Source: Azolla caroliniana (Eukaryota; Plantae; Polypodiophyta). From it: a DNA stretch of 64,000 nucleotides. This document shows, piece by piece, positions 23,161-37,839 of this stretch (its first letter is position 1; every line of letters begins with the position of its first letter). The translations under genes and the position numbers were made by a program. The notes under the pieces are model-generated. The model ran no database searches. It worked only from the letters and a program-made list of their open reading frames with translations, and was not told where the DNA came from. The stretch is from contig JBHGNT010000012.1 of assembly GCA_043228905.1 (NCBI GenBank), positions 18,786,001-18,850,000 of the forward strand, read 5' to 3'.

Positions 23161-26100
23161 CATTCACACTTTCCAGAGAGGTAAGAGTGAGGACACTGGC
23201 ACAAGGGTTTGGTTGGTTGGGAGGAGGACATTGGTCATAGCCATGGCCTTGGACCCTAAAACCTAACATCGAGCATTGTCCGCCCACCCACTCTCTAGAC
23301 CCCCCTCCCCCTCGTGTCCACCTGACACTTTCGCCCGAGAACTCGCACCTCACATCACATCACGAGACAACAGAAGAAGAAACCGCCACAGCCCTGTCAC
23401 GACTTTTCAGGAGTTGCTCGTTGTGATGTTTGTGATTTTCGCTCCGAGTTGCCGTGTTCCAATTTCTCGTTGGCGTTTTTTGATGAATGTGTGCAAACTT
23501 TTGCCGAACACTCCAGTCAATGGACACTTCTCAAGGGTCAGAACCCTTGCGTGTCAATGCTCGAGGAGATTGATGGACCCGGTTCACTACTCGTCATCTA
23601 GCAGAAGCGTCTTTGGTATCAAGGAGTGAGTGTAGGGTGAAAACACTGCTTGGTTGGCACACAAATCCCCAAACTTATGGCCATGTTCCTGCCAGATACA
23701 ATAACAATATCTCCTTCTCGAAAAACACATGTCAATTAATAGATCAGTCAAATTAAAAAATAGCACAACCTTTCTAGAATCGTATTGAGATGAGATGCCA
23801 CATGCATGTGCATAATGGAACCAAAATTGTTGAAGTAGTCTACTTCTCGCTAAATCCATGTTGGGCGTCAAAAAGGAGTTTTATCCTGCACGTCATTTCT
23901 TGGTGAGTTGTTTCAAAATGTGTGGTAATCACCATTGTGTCAACCCAATTGCTTTGCTTTTGTCACATAACCAGCTTCTTCACTGCCATTTCATCGAGGA
24001 GTACTCGTGGACTTCACATTATTTTTTATGCATTTCCATGCTTAAAAGAGGTTTCATATCCTCCTACATGTATTTGCCACTCCTAATGAATCTTGATGAT
24101 TTCACTCCAATTAGTTGTAAACCAGTTCTCAACATGGTCACATTTAAAAAATTGTTGGTCATACATATTTTTCACAATATGCAACCACAAATACATAGCA
24201 CAAAGAGATAACGATTGTGATATAAAATTAAACACTATGATCAAGTAAGTGGTAGGGCTTTGTCCTTTTCTATGACTAGCAACACCAGTGTGGTAAAGGA
24301 TCAATTACACAATCGAATAGGATGTAGTTGCAACGAGGTTTGTTATAAATCGTCATTGATCCCTCATCATGTTCACCAATATAAGAGAAATCAAGAATGA
24401 GATATTTCTTTCCTTTCATGACAATGTTGTGGTTGAAGCATATTATAACCAAATTATTGGACTCTTGTGTCTAGATATGGCTACAGCTCTGACAACCTAA
24501 CTTTTCTCATTGTTTTTGGATCATTTAAATCTAAAACAATATAGTAAATTTTCTTTGAAATATCTAGGTATTAAAGGCTAACAATTTGTTATTTCCATTT
24601 GGAATACACTTATGAAGTTATCTAGATGGTGGTTCTCTTTAGATTTGTCAATCTAATCACGTGTTGACCATTTACAAATGTTGAAGGATGTGTGACAGTA
24701 CATATATCTTAAAGCAACGTGAAATAACCGAGCACAGGACTCCACACATGAACGCATGTTGCACTGTATTACTATCCTAACATCCAAAAAGGATTAACTT
24801 TGCTATTAAAGTTTTTGGTCATCTCATTGGGGCCCCAATTGCAATAATGTAACATAGTATCAAAATTATCTCTAGTTTCACTTGGGTAAAATAGATACAT
24901 CATTGTTTCCCCCATCTCGAAGCATGTAACAAGGTAGAGGCATATGAAAATATATCACCATTCAATTGCTAAAAGAATTAGGAGAAGACTTCACCACAAT
25001 AGAGGAATGCTTTCTTAACGTAATACATGTATTCATGGTTGAATCTACAAGCACAACCGTAGTTGACCAAATCTTCTTATCGTGTTGCATTGCATTGGTT
25101 CAATGAGACACCTTCCTTCGAAACAACATCCTTTTGCATTTTTACAATGGTTTGTCGAAGGATTTGATTCATTTAAGGATGTGTTATTTGTCCATTGATA
25201 TTTTGAGTACACTTATTGAAGTTGGCCTTCCTTTTGTTGAGGAAATACTTATCTTCTTTTCTAATTCATTTCCGATAATCAACAATTGTACATAATCTCA
25301 TAAAAAAAGATGAGTTGATCATGAATGACATTAAGCTCGTTTTACTTTCATGGTTCATTTCATCATTGATCACATTTATTTGAGTTTGGACAAAGTGCAA
25401 TACAAGTTTGTGATGAAGGGCTACACAATTCCAAGCAAGACAATAAAAATATGGGGTGATCAAGATGAACACGAGAAATGCCCACGAAAACATGCTTTTG
25501 GAACCGATGAGAAAAAAGGAGCACATGACCTTACTGAGATTTTAATATTTAGTCAATTCTAAAAGGCAACTTAACTTTTCAAGCAATGTTCAAAGAGCAA
25601 TAACACTCCTGGCTTTTTCTATGCATCAAATTCTTTCAATTCTAAATCAAAGATTATTCAAAGATATTCAACGCTAAACACAAATTTGATATAAAAGCAA
25701 ACAAATTTGCTTTCATGGAGCAAATATGCTCATCATAATGGGATATTCACGTTACATGTTTACTCAATATATCGGTAAGTCCAAATGAGTGTGTATATAA
25801 TGAGGGTATATGTTTGTAAAACCCTTTGAGATTTCAAAACTATCTACATTAAATCTCAATAACGTGTAAATCATATTTCACCAATTCGTACTCCTTTCTC
25901 AAATTTGAGAACCTTGATAAGACATCTACACTATATTATCCATGGAGACCGATATCATTCACATTTGTTCTTATGGGTGGTTTTTTTGTGAACCCAATAG
26001 GAGATATCCTAGTCCCTTTTATTTTTAAAGTTTGTTGTTTCTCATGAGTTTCACCTCAGAGCAAGAATAGTTGATGTTGACAATTTCGCAGCATCAAGTG

Positions 26101-27408
26101 CATTCATCAAGTCCCATCAATGAAAACAATCTATTAGGTTCTCACCAATAAGGATGTTACACATGATAAACATCTATGTTAGGTAATTCTAGCCCTTTAA
26201 TTTGTTCTATTGAATTACAATTTAGAAATCGTTGTCCAAGGATGTACCAAACTTCGACACCACCCCTTATAGTTACACACACACACACACACACAGTCAA
26301 ATCATGTGGCATTGTCACGTTGTGACCTCAATGCTCATTGCTTAGACCAAAATTTATCACATAACTAAAACTCATATCTTCATACTATACTTTCTCAACC
26401 ATTACAACATCCAATATTAGATATTTCAGGAGGTTCATTTAGACCTTATGTAAGCAAGCCTAAAAGAATTGAATAATAACTAACACACGTGTGAATATTT
26501 GAAGATGAAAAACATACATACACATACTTCAAATTTAATCAATGGGTTCCGCATGCATCTCCCGCACTTTTACATTACACAGCTCGACAAAAGGTCTATT
26601 AACGCCAATGTTTTGTGTTTTCAAATTTCTCCATTCACATAGTTGAGATAGAGCTCGGTTTATGATTTTGTCTTGAAGTTTGCAAAAAGATAAATTTCTC
26701 TCTACTTCAAGCTAAGATCATACTTCCTTTTTTCTAATAATAATAAAATAGTATATGTTTGAAATGATAATAACACATAGAGAATGGGTATGAAAAGCAA
26801 AAAATAATAATCAGTTGACTAGTTGCAAGCCCCCTATTTCATGAGATGGACCATAATGTCATGTTGACATGGTTGTTGAAATGCTATAATTCACCAAAGG
26901 TAAAAAAAACCAAGTGGTTGAGCACCCACTTGCCCAAAAGAATGCAATCACCTAAGCTTCTAGAAAACTAAGCCCACATGAACTAACTTGAATTCCTCAA
27001 AATGACATGCATGTATGCAATTCACTATAGTGGCATATGTATGACGAGTATGTAATAGAATAATCTTAACATAGAGTAGTTCTATAACAAACCAATCGCT
27101 TCGAGAAATATTGTATTTATTAACTGTCTTACTTCAATATGTAAGTTGATAATGAATCAATAATGAGTTATTGCCTTTCCGAGCAAAGTAATGTGTAATC
27201 CAGGTTTATTCATGTTTACTTATAACCTAGAAGTACTTAATGTATTCCTTTGAGATAGTTTTGAGGTTCAAAGAAGATATATTCTTATATGATGTATGCT
27301 GATTATCGGAGACAAGCAATAGCACTTTCCCCTGGTAATTACATTGAAGCGCAGAATCGGTTGAAGATTAGGGGACGTTCTTCTCCCCTGAGTGAGTGAG
27401 GGAAGTGG

Positions 27409-27922
27409 TAATAATCGGCAATGATTTGGTTTGAACCGAACCGAATCGTGAAATCAAGGTTTAACGGTTTAAATGGTTTGGTTTGGTTTAGTTTGGGGGT
27501 TTAATGTTTCGGTTTGAGTCTTTATCGGTTTTCAGTTCAAACAGTTTGATTGTTTAGGATTGACACTTGATATAATTTTCTTAAATATTTTTTTTAACAT
27601 TTTAAGCCTAATTTTGATATTTTAGCAAATTTTTAAATTTTGAAAAATTAAAATTTGAAATATTTATTTAAAATTTTTAAAATTATAATGTGAAATTTTG
27701 AATTTTGATAAACTTAAAAAGCAAAAATGAACAAAAAAAACCCACAGTTTTAATGGTTAACGGTTTGAAAGTCTCTAAAACTGTTTGGTTTGAGCTTGAA
27801 TTTTTTGTAACAATTCGGTATAAATGATTTTGGTTTGGTTTGGTTTAAGTTTCAAATTTTTTTAATAGTTCGGTTTTAAGCGGTTATAAAACACTCTCGA
27901 ACCGAACCGTTGCTGATTGCTA
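27409..27922. mobile_element. MITE / non-autonomous DNA transposon
   Basis: Imperfect TIRs TAATAATCGGCAA / TTGCTGATTGCTA, dense AACCG/CGGTT subterminal motifs at both ends and an AT-rich core. TSD not clear. Confidence 0.7.
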
Positions 27923-28749
27923 AATTGCGGGATGACACTCTCAATTGAGCAAAGTTGGTTCTTTTGATGTAATCACGTTATATAAATGGCAGTGATACAA
28001 TTAAAAGAACATCAAGAAAAATTACAAATGGTCTACACTAAATAAATGGATGTATATAAACATAAATTGTGGAAAACATGACCATAGAGAGAGTATATGT
28101 ATGCATGGGTGTGAAAATATGTGGAGCACATGTATGTCATGTGCATGCGAGACAAATTTGATCATGGTAAGATTGTCAAATTTATCATAAGCATTTGTTA
28201 AGAGAAGATGAATCTACCTCCCCTTGAATCATGTCTTAAGCAATGAAGAGACCATTCCAATGCATTGATTGAGCTACAAATATTGTTTTTAGAGTTATTG
28301 TTGAAGTCCTTTAACCCTTCTTCAATTAAATGATTTCATCAATGATTTCTCCAATTATTTGGCACTCATTGGACATCTTTAAAGCATTCAAATAATGAAG
28401 GTCCTCAATATACGTGGAAAATGTTGTTAATTCAACCATTAACGCTCCAAACAAAGTTGAAAGAGGATTTAAAAAGTTAGCTCATCTATCAATTCTTTGC
28501 TCATGCCAACATTGTCATCTTATAAGACTAAGATTCGGTTTCATATTTTTTGATGGGGACCTCCATCATCATTTGGTTTCCCAAACTCTCGCATCTATCC
28601 CTTGGGAAACTTGCATCATCCTCTTGTTGTTCTTTTCTCCATTTGTTGATACTGCCTCAAGATATCCACACAATTGTTGTCTAAAGGACAATACTCCATG
28701 TTCTCGGCTTTAAAAAGTTTTCATATGAACTAAACTATGGTTGCCTTCC

Positions 28750-29850
28750 CTACGTGTACATTTTAATTTTCAACAAAATATTTCTTAGCCACGTCGTGTC
28801 ACATTGTATATAACAATCCTCCAATCCTTCAATCCATGTCCACAAAGAACAACGAACTACTCCATCTCCCCGCCATGCACATCTACCCAAAATAGAAGAG
28901 CAACATACTTTGATCCATCATCTTGAACTAGGATCGAACTTTTGGTTCATTCTATCCAAATAAAACACGATGCTTCCCATGAGAACAAAATCATCCACAC
29001 ACAAACCAATGGTCATTATTTACTCACCTTTTGTCGTGACATAGAGAATGACATTTGTTAAACATTTTATAAATCCACCCATCTTGAAAATTACATTCGT
29101 TCATTCATATTAGGCCCATGGTACCTCAAAACCTTGCTTTTGGAATTGGTTAGTTCAAAGTCTAGTGTGTACTCTACAAATACTTGCTTGAAATATCCAT
29201 TAAGAAAGGATGATTTCACATCTATTTGGTATGTAACTAGTTTCTCACTATGGACACTACCATGATTGCATGAATAATTTAGAACCTTGTAAACAAAGTC
29301 TAGGAATACACAATTCTCCCACACCTTTCGTGTGTACATACCCATATGCTACTTGTTTATGTACTAATCCATAAACCCGCCAACCTTGTAGATACTAGCA
29401 TAGAACGTAACATACTTGAATGCATTTGCAAACATTCTTTTTCATACATTTGCAAATGAATGCGTATGTTATGAAAACATACTCATGTCTTTTTTTAAAC
29501 CTTAAAAGAACGTTTTAACTTATAATAAATAATGAATACAAAAGTATGGTATTTACCATACTTTGAGGGTGTTTACCATACTCCAATGCAAATGCACGTA
29601 TGGTATGTATGGTTCATACTATGGTACATAGTATTCTAGATCCACTTTGTCCCTCAAACCTTCTTAGCAACCCACTACGTCTTGAGACTAGTAATTTGAA
29701 ATTCTCTCTAGCTCCAATTCCATAGCCTTTTTCCACCTCCTATCTTTCATTGCCTCATCCACAAAGCTTCGATGCTTCAAGGATGATTGCCATAAGTGTA
29801 TGGTTGACAATTTGATGTACCACACCACGCACACTAAACAATAGCATTAA
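28750..29850 (-). mobile_element. Old copia RT remnant, interrupted by the MITE-like repeat
   Basis: EAMKDRRWKKAMELE (~29710-29760) and YQIDVKSSFLNGY (~29190-29235). Confidence 0.7.
29395..29634 (-). mobile_element. Short MITE-like dispersed repeat, copy 2 (inverted relative to 12236-12455)
   Basis: Reverse-complement match to copy 1. Confidence 0.75.
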
Positions 29851-30369
29851 AGAGCAAACTAATTGTGGATTACGTAGCTTTGACTAAATATGAGTGTGCT
29901 AAATTTAGTATATCACAATTGAAGGGGCTAGCTTTCTTGGATGAAGACCTAATAAAAGTAATAAGTTTTATTGGTAAGGCCTTTTCATTCGCTCCTTGTT
30001 ATCTATGCATCCTTCGTTAACACCACCCTGAAGACCCCAAGAAAGTGAAAAATTCATGTTTGACTCCTATTACTCTAACAGTCCTTGTTTGTGCTCTTCA
30101 ATATTAGATTAGAAAGTATCAATTTTGTAGTATCCTCAAATAATAGTTTTGCCCTATTTCATTAATTCCCATACTTAATTGACCAAATACAAAGAAAGAA
30201 GGTATTCCATTTCTTTCATGCAAGGTTCTCACAGTATGAAATGTTTCCATGACAAATACTTTCAAATAGCAAGTGTATTTTTTGCACAATATTCCATAGT
30301 CCTTTATATATGAATTATGCTACTCATCATAAAATATTTGAAAGGTTGCCTTTTAAAGGAAAACATGTC

Positions 30370-30660
30370 AGTCTCAATGTTATAAAGTCATAACACTATC
30401 GATTCCACTCCTTGTGTTGTAGAAAAATGTCATTGTCATTGTTGTAAAGACTATTGATTTCGCTCCTTTTGTTGTCGAAAAAATGTCAATGTTGTAAATC
30501 CATACCTATCGCTTTCACTCCTTGCGTTATGGAAAACATCTCACTATCAATGTTGTAAAGCCAATAGGAGCAGACCAAAAACTAAGAGTTTGAAGAGTTT
30601 ATTGGAGCATGTATTGATGATGTGGTAAAAATTATACAGTATCAATGTTGTAAAGCCACT
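30370..30660. repeat. Degenerate minisatellite, ~55-60 bp unit
   Basis: TCAATGTTGTAAAG-like block x5 and CTATCGATT.CACTCCTTG.GTTGT.GAAAAATGTCA-like block x3. Confidence 0.7.
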
Positions 30661-33600
30661 AGGGGTACACTCAAACTAAAATACCGGAGAGTTGTTGAAA
30701 TAGATAAACCTCAAACCACAACATTAATATTACAAAGCATAAGGTTCACCATTGTACTGTCATGACCGTTTATTTGACTTCTGTTACCATACTTAATGTA
30801 GTGAGTCTCTAAGCAATAACTTTGTGGGGTGTATAGTCTCATGGTGCATACAAGCACTTGTTTCATGTTGTGCTTTACGTTGCATTGCACTCTCATCTTT
30901 GTTTGCATGAAATAAAATATAAATAATATGACATCAATCCAATGACGGGAAGTCCATCCTTGGTTTGTGGACAAACCGGTAATGTCAAGACACTTTGGAA
31001 GTAGCAAACCAATGGTAACAAGTTGTGATCAATATCAAATTAAAAATTACAATGAGATCCCAAGTAAAATGAGCAAGAATTTTCATATGTTGTTGGATGC
31101 CACAACGGGATGACACACAAGTTTATACATTTTTGAATTCTCACAACATAAGTTGAGCAATACCTAGAAGATCCGCACACACAATTGAGTGTTTGTCTTG
31201 CCGCGGCTTGCTTAGTGAATGTTTCAAGGTGGGGGTAGAGAGAGGGATGATGAACGGATGAGAGTGACAACAACTGAAAATTAGTAGATAAAAGTAAAAG
31301 AGGTCTCCCTTATAAGTTATACTATTTTAAGTGACTTAAATATGAAGTTCAAGATTGATGTCGATATTCAATGTAAATTAGGTCCTTACCAATTATAGGC
31401 TATAACTTCTACCATCTATTTACAAACTAAAAGTTTGAGGTCCTACAAAATTTCAAGCCACTTAAAAACAAATGGTTAGAATACAACAATGTGGTTCATT
31501 TTCCACCATTATGAATCATTGTCTCTATTTTGATGAATTTTCGGGACCACTATTGTGTCTTTACCTTGACCACTCGATCCATATTTCTTTTCTTAGAGCA
31601 AATGTGAGCTTGAACTTTCTTGCTTCTCTCTCTCTCTCTCTCCCCCCCCCCAATGTATCTTATTTGTTGTAATGAGTTCAAAGTTGAGTTATGAGAATTA
31701 GGGTCCATAGTGTTCAAAGTTGAATGCAAGTTGAGCATTAGATGTTTTCTTTTTGCCTTTCAATTGATGTTCTTAACCCAAACCCCTCAATGATAATAAT
31801 TATGCTCGACCACACTTTGCTCATGTGTTTTAAGTGTCATAATAGAAACTTCACATATCTTATGTGGATAGATCTCATCAATTTTTGTGAAAGAATGATG
31901 AGCTTTATCAACTTTATCATAGATGTGCTCATTGCAGAATCGCTGACTTTACTTGCAAAATAATACATCTTGCAACAATTCTCTTGATTACCAAATGAGA
32001 ACGAGTTTTAATGACATTAAACACATTGATATCAAATCATCTCAAAAGATATGCATTGCACCACAATCCAAACATGCCCATAATATTGTCATTTGTCAAC
32101 CTTTTCACTTAGTTGCATCATGCACCACAAGGGTAGTCTTTTTTGTCTAGGCACAACCATAATTATGAAAGTGTTGGGTTAACCAATGACTTCTAAGTTA
32201 ATCCTTAGGGGAAAAAGAGATTTCTGCATCACTTGACCTTTGCAACTTGTAAGTTGATGCACAAATCATAACTATATTGACCTTGGTTACATCACATACT
32301 TCATTTCCATACATAACAAATTGTTGCACAAACACAATGATTGATGTCCATCGAACATTGATTGCACTTAACCATGTAATTCTAATGTTTTAACTACGTT
32401 TTATTATAACAACATATAAACTCGACGAATATACATATAACATGTCCCTTGGCTTTGATGGCATGCTTCTACTACAAATACAACTTGTTGAGTTTCCCAC
32501 TACAAGCGTGATATCAAGAACTGAAGTAGCAATTAACATTTAGCAACATGTATGAATTACTTTTCAAAAATCAATATCTCGAAGTTCAAGCTGTGAATGC
32601 CAATGGAATCATTAGAAATATTATGTTATTGCATATTGTTATTCAACTATGTATATCAAAGTGTTAGTCTCTTGACATCGTGCTTGTGAATGCTAATGGA
32701 ATAATTAGAAATAATGTTTTATAACAATATTGAATCTAGTTATGCAATTACATCAAATCCATTGTCTTATACTCCTAGATATTTAGATTATAAATGTTAT
32801 ATCATTGAATTGTTAGGTAATTGTCGTTTTCATTCCAACTTCAAAAGTGTGTAAAATATAATGATGTTCTGATGTGTTTTACTGCATTAGTTTTTCTTCT
32901 GTCTAGTAAATTCAAAAGATACGTGATTTATGGCTGTATTTATCATTAACTAATGCCAATTCCGCAATGTTCTACATGCACATATGGAACTACAAGTGTA
33001 CATTTTTGCGCACGACAATAATTCTAAGAGTGCATAATTAAATAAGCATCAATAATGGAATTATTCTATACCTTATGACATTAGGAAGATGTGATCGTTG
33101 TCGTTCATTACTTGCAGGATAAGTCACATTTAGACTATCTTAAGTCCCATGGTAAAACATCTTTGAGTTGGGGAAAGTATACATGATATTGTGGTCTTTA
33201 CTAGTAGTAAAATGTCTTACTCATTATGTGACGATTTGTAATGTATAAAAATAGGTTACCTTTATGGTGAAGTATTTCTACATGAAAACTCAATATGATT
33301 ACAAAGGCCGCTTGCTTCTATTGGTTACCTTTAAATTGGATTGTCAATAGAAATATATGTTACTTTTCCATGGGTCATGAATCTATTCGTCAAGTGCATG
33401 TGCATGTGCACCTTCTTTTTCTTAAAACCAAACCAATTACTTCAACCTCGTCCATGGAAGGAACAACAATGTTTTCCATGGCAGGCTGGTCCAAACAATA
33501 GACTCCTGAAGCTTGATATGCACACTAGAAGAACATGTGGCGTAGCAAATGACTGACAATAATACACACACACATGATAATACTCATATATATGGTGTAT

Positions 33601-34319
33601 ATGTCATTATGCCATACTCACACATATGGATATAAGGTTTATCCACACGTGTGGTATAGGAATATTTTAGGTAGGTATTAATTTTTTATTTTACAAAAAG
33701 ATCAAAACTCTTTCAAATACTTAATTGGTTCAGACCATTCATGAAAACCTCTTCTACATCTTCATAGCTCATCTACTCCTTACTTTAATATTACATTAGG
33801 GTTGGTTCACATGCTCTTCCATATATACTACATATTTGTGTATGCATACGCACAATGACTCATTGAATTGTGGGTAAGGCAATTCGTATCAAATGCCCAT
33901 TGTTCTAATGGAGATTTAATGGGTGATTTAAAAGCTACCTTCAATGTGTTATGCCTTATTAGAAAGGTGAACTAAGGCCCACATATTGGTTACTGCCCTC
34001 CCCTAAACATTGGTTGTTTGAAAGCATGTTTGACTTTCTAGGTTCATGTTGTAGATCAGAGGTTAAGAGAAACAATGACTATTTTCTTTTTTCTAGTTAG
34101 TGGGGCGATGTATGGGTAATGATTTCTAGAAATCAAGAAAATGGAGGGAGTTATCCTCAAATTAGACATTAAGGATGCAACTGTATCATCTGACATGGAA
34201 TAGATAATTCTTTCCTCTAGAGTCTACATATCATTCAAGAGTATCTGTAAAGAATCGAGTGTGATTCTATGTAGTGGAAAGTGTATGTGAGAGAGAGAGT
34301 GAGAGAAAGAAAGATATAT

Positions 34320-37300
34320 TAATGTCTTATAAGGCCAAAATTGGCCCATGAGACAGTTGGTTTACAACAAAATGGGTATTTATCAAATCATCAGAACTAA
34401 AATAAAAGTAAAGTAAAAATAACTTAAGCTAAAAGAGTTCTAATAGTGTACAAAACATGGTATACTTGATAAAAAAGAAGTGCCTTTGCATTAAGCCTAA
34501 TTTCATTTCCACCCAAGCCTCTAAAAAAGAAGTGGGAGGTCAAAGGCTTTTGGTGTGGGTGTGACCCATGGTCCCGGTGTACAGAGTGCCCCAGCCATGG
34601 CTTCTAGGCGGTGTAGCTCACATTCCCTTATTTTCTTTATTGCTTCTACACCACGTCGAGTTGCTTTGAAACCCGACATCCGAGGGCGTTTGGTTCTTCT
34701 TTGATTTTCTACTTCATCAAGTAAAATCCCGAGTGGTGCAGGTGTGTCGACATTCGTTGTCTCCCCCCTTCCTGAAAAACTTCATTTATTACATGTTGGT
34801 GAACATTAACAACATTATTGTCAACATTTTGTAACTTATTCTCTATATGTTGTTTTAGTTCTAGGATGTATCTGCCTAATTTCTTTATATCTAAAGTATC
34901 TAATAGTTTAGGGAGGGTGGGAGAGGAACCAAGTATGTCTTGGTATTTTGCCCTTATCTCGGCGTAGGTGGGACATTTGCATGTAAAGTGGTACTCATCC
35001 TCTATCTTTATGTGGCATAACCTACATATCCTTTCTTCCCTAGGGACTCCATTAGTACATCCATTCTCAATCTCAAGTTGGTGAGATGATATTCTAAGTT
35101 GACCAATGGCAACTCTTAGTGCATGTGGTAAGAATACATCTAGATATTTTGGCCGCGTAATAAAACCTAACTTAGAGAAGTGCATGAAGTGTTCCTTATA
35201 GTACACCATTTTAGATGGGAGTGGCTCTAGTGGGGTGATCCATTTATACCGAGTGTAAATTTGCCATATTTCTTGGCGTATTACTTTATTGCGGTCCTCA
35301 TGAGAGATTAAAGTGTTATCAATCGCGTGGTCGTACTTAAGGGGGGGAGGTTATTGATGTCTAGACCGTTCACAAGAAACCAATTCACCATCATGCCATA
35401 CCATGAGCTAGTATAGCCAGACTCATACAGTGATCGAGAGGCCTTAAAGGCTTGATGGGATATTCTATCATGTGGTTAGCTATGTATCCTATGGATAAAG
35501 ACTACAAGTTGAAAAAGTGCCTCTACTAACATCGGGGGTAGAGTGAACTCAGCCCTAATAATGTCATGTGGTACTGTCGATTTGCTTCGGAGTTGGCGTG
35601 ATAACATCATCACCAATGGTCTCTCTAATTGCGTCCACATGAAAGATGGTACCCTTGGAGCCCAAACCACTGATACATACATGAGGGAGGGAGTCACTAA
35701 CGAGTCAAAGAGCCACCCTTTAGTCTGTGGCTCTTGAAAGTATGCTTGGTGGCATTGTCTCTCAAGGAGTGAGAGGGATGCATGTCCTCTCGTAAGTCTA
35801 TCTTTCGCTGCTTGTGTCATCGAAAATTTACCTGAGTGGGCACTGAAAGTGACTCCGAGATAGACATATGATCCAACCACCTCAACTGGGCTATGGGAGA
35901 TAGTTAGGTGACACTTAGCTCTAACTTGGGCCGATGTGTGGAAGATAAGGACTTTAATTTTCCCTAGATTCACTACCAATCCTCGTTGAGCGCAAAAGTC
36001 ATTTAAGGCATTAAGGTGCTTTTGTAGGCCGTGTTCAGATTCAGAGAGCAAAACTATGTCGTTTGCATAGAGCAAGATACGAACCAATGTATCCCCAAGG
36101 ACTATTCCGTTGCTTCCCTTACGAGCAATAAAATATGTGATCTCATCAATGTAGATTCCAAAAAGAGTCAGAGATAGGGGTCAACCTTGTTTTACACCAA
36201 TAGTGGTAGTGAAACAATCAGATAGGCCACCTGGGCATCGAACACATCCGGACACTTGTTCATATAGTGCGTAGATGGCCCAAACCATGTCATATGGTAT
36301 CCTCAAGCTTTTAAGCCTATCAAACAACCGCTCTCTAGGGACCATGTCAAAGGCTTTGCGGAAGTTCACAAAACAACAATATAATTTCTTCTTACGAGCC
36401 TTAGTCTAGTCAATTAAGCGTCTAAGTGTGAAGATATGATCAATAGTGGTGAAGGCTCGTGTAAAGCCAGCCTGTTTAGGTGCGCGAAGATTTAAGGTCT
36501 CCATATAATCGCTAAGCTCTGCCTCCATTACTGCACCATATAATTTAGCAAGGGTATGACCTATCATAATGGTCCTATATGTATTTGGGTACATGGGGTG
36601 CCTCCCTTTATGTATGGGGGCCACTATGTTCATAGTCCATTGTGATGGAAAACCCTCAGCGAGGGCACAATTGAAGATCATTAGAGTTAGCAAGGGAACT
36701 AGGCACTCTCTCGCATATATGATGTGTTCTGCTCGCAATCTTGTGTGGTCCATGGACTTCCTATGTTGTAATTTCTTTATGACCTTTGTGACCCTAGAGG
36801 TCGTGAAGAGTGTCCCAACGGTAGGTCGGGGTGTAGAAGGCATTGGAATGGGTGGTTGGTTTGGGATTTGGTAAAATCTCTTTGTATATGTGTGCCAGGT
36901 TTCGGGATCTTCGATGGGTGTTTGTGGTCTTGGTTCCCGTAATCTCGTCCATGTAGTGACGCAATTGCTACTCATGAGCATATGGTAGAGTTCCCAATAT
37001 TGGGATGCCTCCCATGCTCGTCTCTTACGACGTGTCATCTTGCGCATTTGTTTGCGAGCTTGTACTGAGGTAATACTACCACTGATTTGTGATATTGTAA
37101 GTTGTCTATGTAAGTACCTACAATCCTCATAATATCATCTATTTTGTGGCATAGATCCTAATCTACCTTGATTGGAGTGTTTCGTATATGGGAAACTACT
37201 AACTATTGCGGAGTGAAGGATGTGTGTGAGTTTTGTACTAAGGCTCTCTAAAGGTAGGGAGGGATGAAGGGAGGAGAGATGGGCTTGAACATGTTGAGAG

Positions 37301-37535
37301 TATATGTCAGAGAGCTCATGTGTGAAATGTATTGTGGTGTGATGGCGTGGTTGACTAGGGTTGGTGACGTTAGAGATATTGCATTTTAGCTCGAAGTATA
37401 AGAGACTATGGTCCACGCCAATAGGGCATGGGGCCACGCGGAAGGAGTTAATCATGTGGGTAGCTTCAAGGCGTCCTATTAGATAATCAACTGTGCTTTC
37501 CCCTCCTCCATGTGGGAAACATGTGAGCTCTTCCA
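34320..37535 (-). mobile_element. LINE 2, 3' part (end of AP endonuclease, RT, zinc finger, 3'UTR)
   Basis: STVDY, YRTIMI...KLY, QAGF...TIDHIFTL, NFRKAFD, GVKQG, LLYANDIVL, YVYLGV and SHQLEIE...ICRLC...EDEYHF..CPTY. Confidence 0.92.
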
Positions 37536-37839
37536 TGTTGGCATAAAAGGCCGACTCCTTCCAAATTGTATCCGTCCTAGTGTGAACTCGTTAATAAGTT
37601 AGGGCTTAGTATATAAGCGAATACTTAAAATTGTAATGAGTGACGAGTGGATGATGAGAAGAGTATTGTATCTCCGAGAGAGAACGAAGTAATAAGAAGC
37701 TTTCCATTAAAGCTCGATCTACTGTTTAAGTTTCGATTCACTGTATTTTTTGTGTACGTTGTTTTCTATGCATAAGCGTACAGGTCCGCAAACGTTTTCC
37801 GCATACGTATACATATATATATATAGATATACATCGACA
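37536..37839 (+). repeat. Copia B 5' LTR
   Basis: Direct repeat of 54668-54973. Confidence 0.93.

Noticed and set aside
22731-23184. Phe/Ser/Leu-rich ORFs as membrane proteins
   Set aside because: These are translations of poly-T and (CT)n low-complexity DNA.
30700-33600. Possible decayed MULE or Helitron coding region
   Set aside because: Only scattered Cys-containing fragments; I could not confirm a diagnostic motif or termini.
34080-34260. Possible L1 RT fragment (GVILKLDIKDA)
   Set aside because: A single short motif with no supporting neighbours.
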